Below, in pieces: positions 13,996-25,413 of a stretch of 64,000 nt of DNA. A program made the translations under genes and the position numbers. Numbering within the stretch: the stretch's first letter is position 1; the number at the start of each line of letters is the position of its first letter. Source of the DNA: Camelus dromedarius (lineage: Eukaryota). The notes under the pieces are model-generated. The model was not told the origin of the DNA. It did not search any database and saw nothing but the letters and a program-made list of their open reading frames with translations. The stretch covers positions 63,552,001 to 63,616,000 of the forward strand of contig NC_087437.1 in NCBI RefSeq assembly GCF_036321535.1. Direction: 5' to 3'.

Positions 13996-14173
13996 GTCTT
14001 TGGCTTTCAAGGTGCTTAAAATCTCAGGAGATCACAGTGGAGCATCATGGAAGCATAGGAAATGACAAGGAAATTCCTCAGTTCCATTTTATGAGAGACA
14101 TCAAGATATATGGTCGGCCTCTGTATCCGCGGGTTCTGCACCTGCGGATTCAACCAACTGCATATCACAAATA

Positions 14174-14368
14174 GAACTAACATATGATCCAGCAATTTCA
14201 CTCCTGGGTATATATCTGAAAAAAACAAACACACTAATTCAAAAGGATGCATGCATCCCAGTGTTCATAGCAGCATTATTTATAATTGCCAAGGTATGGA
14301 AGCAACCTAAGTGTCCATCAACAGATGAACGGATAAAAAAGATGTGTGTGTGTGTGTGTGTGTATGTG

Positions 14369-14466
<98 letters not shown>

Positions 14467-14850
14467 GGAATACTACTCAGCCATAAAAAATGAAACTTTG
14501 CCATTTGCAGCAACATGGATGGACTTGGAGGGCATTATGCTAAGTGAAATAAGCCAGATAGAGAAAGACATATACTGTATGATATCACTTACATGTGGAA
14601 TCTTAAAAATACAACAAACTAATGAATATGACAAAAAATAAGCAGATGCACAGATACAGAGAATAAACTAGTGGTTACCAGTTGGGAGAGGAGGAGGGGC
14701 AACATAGGAGTGGAGAAGTCAGGGATACAAACTCTTGGATATAAGATAGGCTCAAGGATGTACTGTACAAAACAGCCAATATTTTGTAATAACTGTAAGT
14801 GGAAAGTAACCTTTAAAATTGTGTATTAAAAAGGATTTGTTTCTTAGTTT
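14174..14850 (+). mobile_element. 5'-truncated L1 (end of ORF2 plus 3' UTR) nested in MER2B
   Basis: Encodes the ORF2 C-terminal peptide MFIAALFIIAKVWKQPKCPSTDERIKKM; also contains gcaacatggatggacttggagggcattatgctaagtgaaataag. Confidence 0.88.
14343..14466. repeat. Compound (TG)n/(TA)n microsatellite inside the L1
   Basis: Read directly from the sequence. Confidence 0.95.
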
Positions 14851-15705
14851 TAAAAAATTTGAGGAAAAAATTCCAGAAAGGTCCAAAAACCAAAACTTGA
14901 ATTTGCCACACCCCAGCAACTATTTACATAGCATTTACATTGTATTAGGTATCAGAAGTAATCTAAGATGATTTAAAGTATACAAGAGGGTTTTATGTTA
15001 TATGCAAATATCATGCCATTTTATATAAGGGACTTCAGCATCTGCAGAGTTTGGTATCTGCAGGGGGTCTTGGTACCAATTAATACCCTGGAGATACAGA
15101 GGGATGACTGTATTGTTAGAAGAAAAAGCAAGATGCCAATCATTGTGTATAGTGTGCTATCATTTTATTTAAGAGAAGACAAATAAAAGAGTTTGCCTGT
15201 TTGTATTTGTTATACACGTAGACCACCGCTGGCAAGATGAACAAGAAACTGAAAATTGGTTGCCTCTGGGGAGAGACAGTTGGCCAGAGGACAGGGGTAG
15301 AAAGGAGATGGTACACATACTCTTTGGACCTTTTGAATTTTATGCCATATGAGTGTATCACTTATTCAAAAAAGTAAATAACATTGAAGAAAAAAAAATC
15401 TCATAAGATGCCAAGTACTGGCTCCCCACTGGAAGTTCTCCTGAGGAACCAGAGCCTAGATTTGGCCTGGCCCGACAGGGGCCTCGTCCTTTCACTGCTG
15501 GGAGGTAAGAGCACTGTCATGCCAAGCAGGGAATGGGCACACTTTGTTCCTAGTCCTCTCCAGGGCCTCCCAGACTCATTGTCTGGTTGCGGTTCAGTTT
15601 CTGCTGGGAGCCTGAGCCTCAACACGCTTATGTGCCAAGTGGTCATTTAGCCTGTGTCTGTCAGGTGAGTGAATGAGTGTTCCCCCTACATTGTTTGCCA
15701 CACAG

Positions 15706-15843
15706 AAAAGAAGAGTGATGAGAAGAGGGAGTACCTCCTGCCCGCAGCCCCCAGCAAGCCCGTCGCACCCCTCTTCCTGCAGGGCCTCTCTGATCTCAGA
15801 GTCATGGACGGAAGCCAGGTCACCATGACAGTCCAGGTGTCAG
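15706..15843 (+). CDS. MYLK: MYLK coding exon (138 bp)
   Basis: Acceptor cacag, donor G|gtctgt. Encodes EKKSDEKREYLLPAAPSKPVAPLFLQGLSDLRVMDGSQVTMTVQVSG. Phase 1-1, compatible with both neighbours. Confidence 0.95.
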
Positions 15844-17433
15844 GTCTGTCTCTGCATCCCTCTCCTCGGAGTATATGTGAAAACGAGCATGCTTGCAACG
15901 TGGGTTGCTCCCCGACGTCCTGCTCAGATCATTGATCCACCTGAAAATCAGTCTGGGACTGCCAGTCAGTGGCGCCTAGAAGTGGAGCCTCTTGGCCCCT
16001 TTTTTCTGCTTTTCTTTGGGCAGATTTTCTGGATTCAAGTTTGAGTGGTCCAGGGTAAGAAGGTGGCAGAGGTGAGGGATTAATTGAAAACACAATGTAG
16101 CCAATGTAGCTGGAAGATTGTGAACATTGGTCCAAAACCAGATGCTCTGAGAGCTTCCCGACTCTCGGAAGATAGTCTCAGTTGCTCTGTTCAAATTTTG
16201 AGGTGAGGCAATGGAGCAGACATCCTTCTAAAACAGGGGTGGGGTGACAAGAGCATGGGGTGAGCAGCCCAATGTGAGAGGTCACAGTCCTTGCTAGAGG
16301 CCAATAAGAAAAGCTGGAGAAGTCTCCTGGCACAGACTTACTGACACACACTCATGCTGGCCTCTGGTCCATCCCGCTGACAGCCTGGAGATCACTGTGT
16401 TTTTTCAGTTCCTTTTGAGCTGTAGAAGTGATAAAGATGAGCTGGGAGAGAACCTGTGCGCTCAGCTTTTAGGGATCCTCGGATGAACTCCCTGCTCCTG
16501 CAGGCTGGAGGCAGTCCTGGGATGATGCAGCAGAGGGCTGGGTCCCTTCCCCTGCACACATTCATTGCTCGAGTTGATAGAAATCAGAGGCACTCTGTAC
16601 CTGGCCCCAGACATGTGCTGGCTAACCCATCAGAGATAGGTGGTGGTCATCTCTCTCCTTGAGAGAGCCTGACACCATGCAGCCTCCCTCAGCAGTCACT
16701 CCCAGGGAAGCAGAGTGTAATGGCTCAGGTCTTACTGCAGAGAAAAACCCTCACAGGTGGCCGTTGTTTTATGCCCCCACAATAGCAAGAAACTACCCAG
16801 GGAAGTAGACTAGTAAAAACTGAAAATGCTATCCCCTGTGGGCTGTGTTTGGAAAGCCTGGCACCCATCTTCACCCTTGGACAACAGTTGCACAGTACCA
16901 AAAGTGCTAACTGAGCTTTCCTGCTGGTGGAAACTGACAAGGGAGTTTCTGAGAGTCACAATGCCATTGCCTGGACGTGTACACACTGGGTGAGGCCGCG
17001 CAGGAAACATGTCTGCCGGGAACCCAGTGATCCAGCTACCACTCAGTTTGATCAAACCAGTTGAATTCTAATTTTGAAAACCATTCTTCTTGGGTTTTCT
17101 TATCTCTGAAATTATATTTTTTCACTTCTGGATTCTTGCAGTTTCCCTAAACCTGTCATTTAGTAATTGTAATGACCACACACTGAGGACTTCCTTTGTA
17201 CCAGATGCTATTCTAATCTGCTTCTCTAGTGGGCTGCTAAGGGGGCTGTATTAATTTATTTAATCCTCCCAGCAAACGTGTGAGGTAGACTGGGTTAGAA
17301 TATTTTCTGGATGGGAAAACTGAAGCGTGGAGAGTTTGGTATTTAGTACAATGTCATAGCGTTAAGTAGACTTGCCACATGATGCAGGGAACCGCCTCCC
17401 TGACCTGCCCCCCTGCCCTTCCTCCCTGTTCAG

Positions 17434-17631
17434 GGAACCCGCCCCCTGAGGTCATCTGGCTTCACGATGGGAATGAAATCCAGGAGTCAGAGGACTTCCA
17501 CTTTGAACAGAGAGGCACTCTGCACAGCCTTTGTATCCAGGAGGTGTTCCCAGAGGACACAGGCACTTACACCTGTGAAGCCTGGAACAGCGCAGGAGAG
17601 GTCCGCACCCAGGCCGTGCTCACGGTGCAAG
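17434..17631 (+). CDS. MYLK: MYLK coding exon (198 bp), Ig domain
   Basis: Pyrimidine tract plus cag acceptor, donor G|gtgagg. Encodes GNPPPEVIWLHDGNEIQESEDFHFEQRGTLHSLCIQEVFPEDTGTYTCEAWNSAGEVRTQAVLTVQ. Confidence 0.96.
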
Positions 17632-18339
17632 GTGAGGCAGACCCGCTGACCAGCCATGGGGGCAGGGGTGGGGAGGACATGCTGCCGTGGCCTCTCCATA
17701 GGTGATTTGGAGGCGAGGAAACCATGTGAGCCTTCTTTGTTTCCCCCATAGACCTCGACTCCCTTGGTCCCATCCCAGCCCCAGTGGCCAGCTCCCCATC
17801 TTACATCTCAGGCTCTGGCTGGGTAGGAGGCCGCCCTTCCCTGCCTTCTGAAGTCCCTGCTCTCTCTGGGTTACTGGTGACAAGCTGCGTAGAGTGCTAG
17901 GAGAGAAATCTCCTAATACACTAACAATTTGGCAGTGATAGCTTTGGAGGTGAGTCATGGCCTGTGAAAGTCCTTGCCATTAGAGAACCTATATTTAACA
18001 GAAGAGAAAAGTTAAGCACAGATGAAGCAAATGACAGCTCTTAATCATACATATATCATGTAGATCATTGGCACCTGTCCCAGAACCCCTCTACCTTCTA
18101 GGCAACCTCCCTTGCTTTTGGATATACAAATGCATGTTAATCTTACCCTCTGAGAAATAATCCAGCAGATTTGCCATGAGAAGGATGTGCTTTCTCTGTA
18201 TATCCAATAAAAGTGATTTCTGGACTAGCCATTCTTTGGATTAGACACTGTCTTCCGGCCTTCATTGCCATGGAGAGTTGAGTGAATGTTCTCTGCAGAA
18301 AGGCCTCCTTCTCTAACTCAACCCTTTGCCAACTCACAG

Positions 18340-18589
18340 AACCTCAGGATGGCACCCAGCCCTGGTTCATCAGCAAGCCTCGCTCAGTGACAGCCTGCCA
18401 GGGCCAGAATGTCCTCATCTCCTGTGCCATAGCTGGGGACCCCTTCCCCACTGTGCACTGGCTCCGAGATGGCAAAGCCCTTTCCAAAGACACTGGCCAC
18501 TTTGAGGTATTACAGAATGAGGATGTGTTCACCCTGGTCCTGAAGAACGTGCAGCCCTGGCACGCTGGCCAGTATGAGATCCTGCTCAA
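18340..18589 (+). CDS. MYLK: MYLK coding exon (250 bp), Ig domain
   Basis: Acceptor cacag, donor AA|gtgagt. Encodes EPQDGTQPWFISKPRSVTACQGQNVLISCAIAGDPFPTVHWLRDGKALSKDTGHFEVLQNEDVFTLVLKNVQPWHAGQYEILLK. Confidence 0.96.
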
Positions 18590-18887
18590 GTGAGTCTGCG
18601 TGTCCTACCAACCTCCCTTAACCCCCTACCTTCTGTCAAAGTACCTGCCTGGGACTGGGGAGCCAGAGGAACCACGAAATAGTGTGGGGCTGGGCTTCAA
18701 GGTAAAGAAAGTGCAGGCTTGGTGCTGCTGGCATTTCTCTGTACTGAGTCCATCATGTTCAAGGCTCTGAGCTACAGATAGGCTCTGTATCTATATGTGG
18801 TGATGGAGCATTGTTTTCCTACAGCAATGACAAAACCCAGCATGTGCCTCATCCACATGGGTCCTTTCTGGGCATGTGCCTTATTCT

Positions 18888-19100
18888 TGTATCAGTTAGT
18901 TTTTGCTGCATAACAAACCATCCCAATACTTAATTACTTTTAAGACAATAGTCATTGATTATTTCTTAGGCATTGTTGAATCTGCTAGGAAATTCTACTT
19001 AGCCAGGCAAGGCTCAGAAAACTTTAGCTGAGATAATGACGTGTCTGTGGTCAGCTGATGAGATGGTCGTGGGCCAGCTGGTCACCCTACCACCTTCAGT
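18888..19100. mobile_element. MLT1-type (MaLR) LTR fragment
   Basis: Begins tgtatcagttagtttttgctgcataacaaaccatcccaa, a typical MLT1 terminus. Confidence 0.65.
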
Positions 19101-22100
19101 GGTATGCTCAAAACACACCAAGAGCCTTTGCCTTGTGCCTGAACCAGTTATAATCAGAAAGGCTAATCTGCCTCCAAAATAGAGAGAAGATAGACTCTTC
19201 TTCCTCTAGGCCAGTGCAAATGATGGAAACTGATTATATGTTAAAATAGAGCTTGTCTTTATGGAAGGAGCAGTGCTTCAAGATAATACATCACATCTCC
19301 TAGAAGAGATGAGCTTTTTGTTGGGATTTTGAGGTAAGGGTATAAAGTCTTGCTGGATAGACTGAGTACAGGAGGGTAGGAAAGAGCAAAGCAAGGCTGT
19401 GGGAAGTCTGCCAGGCCAGAGTGGAGGACTGCACTGGGAGGTCGGCAGGCAGACTGTCTGGGCCCAGCTGGGGACAGTCATAAAACTTAGACTGTCCTAG
19501 CTGGAAGGGACTTCAGAAGTTATCTGGCTGCCTTCTCTATTAATAATGGGAGAAGCTGAGGCCTCAGGGTCACAGGCTTGTTCACAGCCACCCAGAGGTG
19601 AATAGTAGAGCTCAGACTGGAATCCTCAGCTCTGTCTTTAAATCAGATGCTCCTCTGTTCCTCGTTTCTCCCAAGTACACTGGGAACTTGGGGAACCTGG
19701 GACATCACACTAGAGTCCCCTTGCATGCAGCCCTTGCCCCTTTTCCCTCCCTAGAGTCCAGCTTCTTTGTTCCTTTGGGAGGCTGCTGCCCTGGCCTTGG
19801 CTTTGTCCCCAGTGAGAAGGAGCAAGTCCGTGGAAAGTTGCCCTGGGGAGTGCACCAGGCCTGCCAGGGGCCCCTCTCCCCCCCAGCTTTTCTCAGATCC
19901 AGACCTAGACAGAAATCAGACCTAGACTAGGGACAGAACACCTTTCAAGGAGGAAGTGGGGTGAGGTTGGGGTAGGACAGGTGCTACCTGTTCCTGCTGA
20001 AGGTGGGGGGTTCGTACAGGTGGGTGGTTTCTACCTCCCCTTCCCTTCCCGAGCTCTTGTCTCCTGAACTAAAAGGGGAAATGTCAAAAAATCAGCTCCA
20101 GATTCCAGCTGAAATATTTGAAAAATTGATATTTGCCAGGAAATTAGCTCTTTAAACTAATTTTGCATATAAAATCCATTCCAGGGGTGGGTAATTCACA
20201 GTGGGACAGAGTCCAAGGCTTTATAGCCAAAGAGTGGGCATCTTATTCAGGGCTTGGGAGGCAGGGAACACAAAGGCTTCTGTTCTTTGTTAAAGGTGCC
20301 ACTTATAGGGTGATAGCCCCGTGTCCTCTGTGGCAGCACCTGGGCTGGGCACGGGGGTAGGGGTCTCATTCTCAGCCACAGGCTGGACTTTGAGTGTGTG
20401 CAGACACCAAAGATGGCCCAAGATGCTGTTCACCTGGTTAGATTATCTGGGGTGTGGGTTCCAGGTGTCTCTGACTTTGTAGGCTCCAAATGAACACATG
20501 ATTTGCCCTAAAGGTCCAGCAGAGGTTTAAGTTTGTGGCTGCAGAAATAGTGACCCCCAGATCATGCCAAGGGATGACCCACTTAGTGGTCCAGCCATGA
20601 TATCCCCAGTTCCCTGCCTCCCTTCTGCCCCTCATACTGCCCAGGTGCTCAGGGTGGCCACCCGCACCCTCCTTCAAGGCGGGCAACAGAAAACAATAGA
20701 AGCCCTCATCTGCTTCCCCCATGGGGAGATAGAGCTTACTCCAGCGCAGGGATCAGGGCACCCCACCACTGAGAGCCTCTGAGGGGCTTGGCTGGGGTAA
20801 AGCAGGTCCATCTGGTCAGTGTCTCTCCAGAAAACACGGACCTTGGACATCCTGTCTTCCTGCTCCACACCAACCCTGGGCCCCACACCCTGTGCTTGAA
20901 AGAAAAGCGGGAACAGAGTGGCTTACACTGGCCAGCAGTGTGGCAAGAGCAGAGTGCCAGGGGGCTGGGCCTCACTCCTGAGTGACCTCCCTTGGTTATT
21001 CTGCAAGTTGACTGAAGCTCTATTAGCCTCCTGTGACGAGTTCTCAGGCCTCTGAGGCCCTCCCAGCCTTCCCAGGTCCTGGCACTGAGGGGGCACCTAA
21101 CTGCAGTTTGTGGAGCAAAGGGGCCTGCTGGGCCCTCAAACTCCCCAGACATGAGGCTTTCTGAGCCTTGAATCTGCACCCCTGAGAGCCTGAGCATTGA
21201 GGAAGGTGGCTAGGAGGGGACCCCAGCAGATGAGAGGAGGGTAGGAGAGCACAAAAGATCAACCTCTCCTTACATCAAGCAGGTCCTAGAGCCTGGATAA
21301 TGACACCAGGGACCTTCAAGAATCATTTGCCGCACCCTGGGCTGCTGGTGTCTGAGCTGGTTCTGGTCCTCCACTGGGATGGAGGCCAGGTAAAGCAAGG
21401 CGGGTACCCACAAGTATCAGCTTGGTCCACATGGGGATGGCTTATACACATGCACGTGTTCCCAAACATGGACCCACAGGCTTCCATTGGGTAGACCCCA
21501 TATATGTGTGGTTGATGTACACGTAGACACACACAAACACACATGTGTCCTAGAATAGATTGTACTGATGAGCACTGTAGGGAAGGATGGGAAAGTTATA
21601 GGTCTTGGATTAATATGGTCCCAGGTCCCAGCCCCTTTCTGCCTGGCCAGCATTATGAGTTCAAGCAAATTAACCATTATAAGCCTCATTTTTCTTACCT
21701 ATGAATACAATGCTGACCCCCAACCTCACAGAGCTGCCATAAGACTAAGTGAAATGAGTTATGTCTGAGGGAGGGTCTGGGGCACATGTCAGCCCCTGAA
21801 GTGCCAGTAAGACGGCCAAGTGCAGAGAATGAGCGAGCGACCCCAGGATTCCCGCTCTGCCTCCCGTAAACTCCTGAGCCTCCCTTCCTTCCCTTTACAA
21901 CAGTGCTCTGGACCTCACTAGGCTGTTGTGGGGACAAGAAAGGTAGTGGATGTGAGCCATGAAAGCTGGGGGTGCTCCAAAAAACATGGTTATTAACAGG
22001 CAGAATTGCCTTTGGCTCTCAGATCTGCCCCCACTGCTTCCCCCAGACTGAGCAGAACCTTCTTGGCTGGTCAGAGCCCAGAAAAGCCAGCAGATGGCAG

Positions 22101-22852
22101 CCTTGCGGGGTTGGAGGGCTTGTCCGCTCTAAGCCCACCAGGGTTCTGAGCATGATACAGCTTCTTTTCCTGAGCATAGGGGCCCTCAGCTGGTCGCACA
22201 CCAGAGCAGATGGAATTGTTTTCACAGTGGGCTGAAGAAGCTGGAGCTCTTCTCCCAGAGAAAGAGCACCCATGTCAGGAGACACCTGTTAGATTTTTAA
22301 TACAAAAAGTTCTGATCTGAGGCATTGGCTGATGGGTAGGGATTGGAAAGTGTTTTCATTTCACGAGCAGGCGAAGGAGACCTAGTGGCTAGGGGGACCT
22401 TCTGAGGAGAGGGAAGACCCACTTCTGTATTAAGGGAGCGTGGAGTCAGACTCAAGGTCACTGGGCAGGCTGCCTGGGGCTGCACAGTCTAGACCAGTCA
22501 GCTCCATCATAGCCCCAGCAGGGTTTGTCTTCACTCTTCTTTGAGTGAGTGACCGTTTGGTTGTATTATTTTTGTCCTATACTCACAGAAAAGCATTCCT
22601 ACTGCTAAGGCCTTCCTTAGCTGTTGTCCAAAAGATTATTTTTTTGTCCTTTTTAAACAAGAGCTGGAAAAATAAAGGGTGACCACAGTGGGGGCAGGCT
22701 CTGCCATAAATGTAGGTGTGGTGTGGACGTGTTAGGGCCCCTGGAGCCAGCCCACCAGCCTGTGGCCACGGGCTGCCTGCCCACAGCCCTAGGCTGAGAG
22801 GCCCCCGGCCCAGAGAGCCTCTTGATCTGTATTGATCCCTTGCATTCTTCAG

Positions 22853-22924
22853 GAATCGGGTTGGCGAATGCAGTTGCCAGGTGGCACTGATGCTGCAGAG
22901 CAGCCCGGCCAGAGCCCCCATTCG
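22853..22924 (+). CDS. MYLK: MYLK coding exon (72 bp)
   Basis: Acceptor ttcttcag, donor CG|gtgagt. Encodes (K)NRVGECSCQVALMLQSSPARAPI(R). Phase 2-2 fits the flanking exons. This frame is not shown in the ORF track. Confidence 0.93.
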
Positions 22925-23141
22925 GTGAGTGCCCCCTGGGGTTGCTGGGCCAGGCTCCATGCCACCACCCACCCACCTTCCTCCTGGTCCCAGCAGGCCC
23001 ATCCCAGCAGCCCCAGATTGTTTGTATCCTCTGGCCAAGGCTGCTGAGCCAAGAGAGAGAGATTGGAAGGGGAATGAGGGAGGGAGTGTAGGGGAGGGAG
23101 AGGGGGTGAATTTTTTTCTCTCTTTTTTTTTTTGCACACAC

Positions 23142-23225
23142 CCTTATAAGGCTACTGAAGTCATTACCGATGTAACAAACCAACTAAGCAAGCAAGCGCC
23201 TCTCACCAATGTTCCCTTCTATAAA
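23142..23225 (+). promoter_or_regulatory. MYLK: Internal promoter of short (smooth-muscle) MLCK: CArG box, CCAAT and TATA
   Basis: Perfect palindromic CArG CCTTATAAGG at 23142-23151, CCAAT at 23206-23210 and TATAAA at 23220-23225. All lie in the intron just upstream of the exon carrying the MDFRANL start. An SRF/CArG-dependent intronic promoter for the short isoform is established in mammals. Confidence 0.85.
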
Positions 23226-23364
23226 CACCGCCTGGCCAGCTCCCCCCTCCTCTTCCCCTCCCCTCCGCCCTCCCTCCCTCGGGGATTTGCTCTCCCCTGA
23301 CGTCTCTTTCTTACCCGGCCCCTTTTCCTCTTGCTACTTTCCTTTTTCCCTTCACTGGTTGCAG

Positions 23365-24848
23365 GGGGAGGGAGCCTGCCAGCTGTGAGGGCCTCTGCAG
23401 CCGAGGAGTTGGTGCTGATGGTGGTGACCACTATGGCAGCCTGAGGCCCGGCTGGCCAGCAAGAGGGCAGGGGTGGCCAGAGGAGGAGGACAGCGAAGAC
23501 GTGCGCGGGGTGCTCAAGAGGCGTGTGGAGACACGGCAGCACACTGAGGAGGCCATCCGCCAGCAGGAGGTGGAGCAGCTGGACTTCCGTGACCTCCTGG
23601 GCAAGAAGGTGAGTACCAAGACTTTGTCTGAAGAGGACCTGAAGGAGATCCCAGCCGAGCAAATGGATTTCCGCGCCAACCTGCAGCGGCAAGTGAAGCC
23701 CAAGACGGTGTCAGAGGAAGAGAGGAAGGTGCACAGCCCCCAGCAGGTTGACTTCCGCTCCGTCCTGGCCAAGAAGGGGACTCCTAAGACCCCGTTGCCT
23801 GAGAAGGTACCACCTCCAAAACCTGCCACTCCAGATTTTCGCTCGGTGTTAGGCAGTAAGAAAAAATTACCAGCAGAGAATGGCAGCAACAATGCTGAGG
23901 CCTTGAATGCCAAGGCAGCAGAAAGTCCCAAGCCTGTGGGCAATGCCCAGCCTTTAGGGTTCCTGAAACCCGTGGGCAACACCAAGCCAGCCGAGACCCC
24001 CAAACCCTTGGGTAGCACCAAGCCAGCAGAGGCCCCCAAACTCTTGGGTAGCACCAAGCCAACTGAGACCCCCAAGCCCATGGGCAACACCAAGCCAGCT
24101 GAGACCCCCAAACCCCTGGGCAACGCCAAGCCAGCAGAGGCCCCCAAACCCGTGGGTAACACCAAGCCGGCCGAGACCCCCAAACCCTTGGGTAACACCA
24201 AGCTGGCTGAGACCCCCAAGCCCTTGGGCAACACCAAGCTGGCTGAGACCCCCAAACCCTTAGGTAACACCAAGCTGGCTGAGACCCCCAAACCCATGGG
24301 CAGTGCCAAGCCAGCTGAGACCCCCAAGCCCTTGGGTAACACCAAGCCAGCTGAGACCCCCAAACCCATGGGCAGTGCCAAGCCAGCTGAGACCCCCAAG
24401 CCCTTGGGTAACACCAAGCCAGCTGAGACCCCCAAACCCATGGGCAGTGCCAAGCCAGCTGAGACCCCCAAGCCCTTGGGTAACACCAAGCCAGCTGAGA
24501 CCCCCAAACCCATGGGCAGTGCCAAGCCAGCCGAGACCCCCAAACCCATGGGCAATGCCAAGCCACCTGAGACTCCAAAACCAGCTGGGAAAGAGGAACT
24601 CAAAAAGGAAGTTAAGAATGATGTGAACTGCAAGAGGGGCCATGCTGGGGCCACAGAAAATGAAAAAAGACCAGAGAGCCAAGGGACAGTCCCAACCTTC
24701 AAGGAGAAGCTACAAGATGTCCATGTGGTGGAGGGTGAGAAGCTGCTGCTCCAGTGCCAGGTGTCCTCTGACCCCCCGGCCACCATCACCTGGACGCTGA
24801 ATGGAAAGACCCTGAAGACCACCAAGTTCATCGTCCTCTCCCAAGAAG
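23365..24848 (+). CDS. MYLK: MYLK large coding exon (1484 bp): five DFRxxL-type actin-binding motifs, 12-aa tandem repeat, start of an Ig domain; short-isoform ATG at 23663
   Basis: Acceptor ttgcag, donor G|gtaaca. Reads GREPASCEGLC...DVRGVLKRR...DFRDLL...MDFRANL...DFRSVL...DFRSVL...repeats...KTTKFIVLSQEG; overlaps ORF 23501..24922. Confidence 0.97.
23966..24577 (+). repeat. MYLK: Coding minisatellite: 17 x 36 bp (consensus peptide KP[LMV]G[NS][TA]KPAETP)
   Basis: Counted unit by unit from KPVGNTKPAETP (23966) to KPMGNAKPPETP (ends 24577). One further degenerate unit, KPVGNAQPLGFL, precedes it. Confidence 0.97.
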
Positions 24849-25403
24849 GTAACACGGTTGGGGCTGGGAGGAAGGGGGCTCTGTCCCAGCCACTGTCAGC
24901 TCCTGGAGCCCTGACTTGTTGATGGTGCTCGTAGCCCAGAGCCTGGGTGGGAATGGCCACTCTCTATGCCCCTCAATCATGGGATCTGTGCCCACTCAGG
25001 ACCTTGGGCATTCATTCCATTGCTGGGGGTCAGGGATGGGAGTCTGGTCCTGAGGCACACGCCTGGGTCTCGCCATCTGTCCAGCAGAGACCCCTCATGG
25101 AACCCCCAGGTGTGGCTCCTCAGAGCAGCCCTGGGCCTGAGCTGATGCCCCAGCTCTGGCATCTAGAGGGCTCTGGTCACAGGCTTGAAAATGAGGGCAC
25201 TGGGGCTGGGGCTGACCAGGGGATTGGGGCTGAGAACTGCCTTTGAAGGAGCATTTTAGGTTCAGGGCAGGGTATGCAGTGACAGGGCATGATGTGGGGG
25301 TCAACAGAAACTTAAACCTTGATAACACTGTGGGTTTGAAGGGGAAAATCCAAAAGCCTGAGCAGCCCCTGCGGCACACACAGGCGGACAGAGCCACTCA
25401 CTT

Positions 25404-25413
25404 CCTAATTTGG
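25404..25413. promoter_or_regulatory. Intronic CArG box (SRF site) in the first intron of the short-isoform transcript
   Basis: Perfect CCTAATTTGG about 555 bp after the donor at 24848, overlapping a reverse-strand ETS-like core (cacttcc). A functional CArG in this intron is known for mouse Mylk; that this is the same site is inference. Confidence 0.6.

Larger units (their letters stand above)
14111..15110 (-). mobile_element. MER2B-like Tigger-family DNA transposon, split by an L1 insertion
   Basis: Ends tggtcggcctctgtatc and gatacagagggatgactg are imperfect inverted repeats, each flanked by TA. The internal MER2-type sequence resumes near 14856. Confidence 0.8.

Noticed and set aside
15662..15670. 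Consensus donor CAGGTGAGT about 35 nt upstream of the acceptor at 15705
   Set aside because: It would create an intron too short to splice, and I found no upstream exon; probably incidental.
23966..24577. 36-bp periodicity superficially like a CRISPR array
   Set aside because: The units are contiguous with no unique spacers, in frame within a eukaryotic exon, and there are no cas genes.
23431..24960. 509-aa antisense ORF and other overlapping ORFs (264, 140 and 107 aa) across the large exon
   Set aside because: Shadow frames of the MYLK exon. A stop-free 36-bp unit repeated in tandem keeps alternative frames open, and there is no independent coding evidence.
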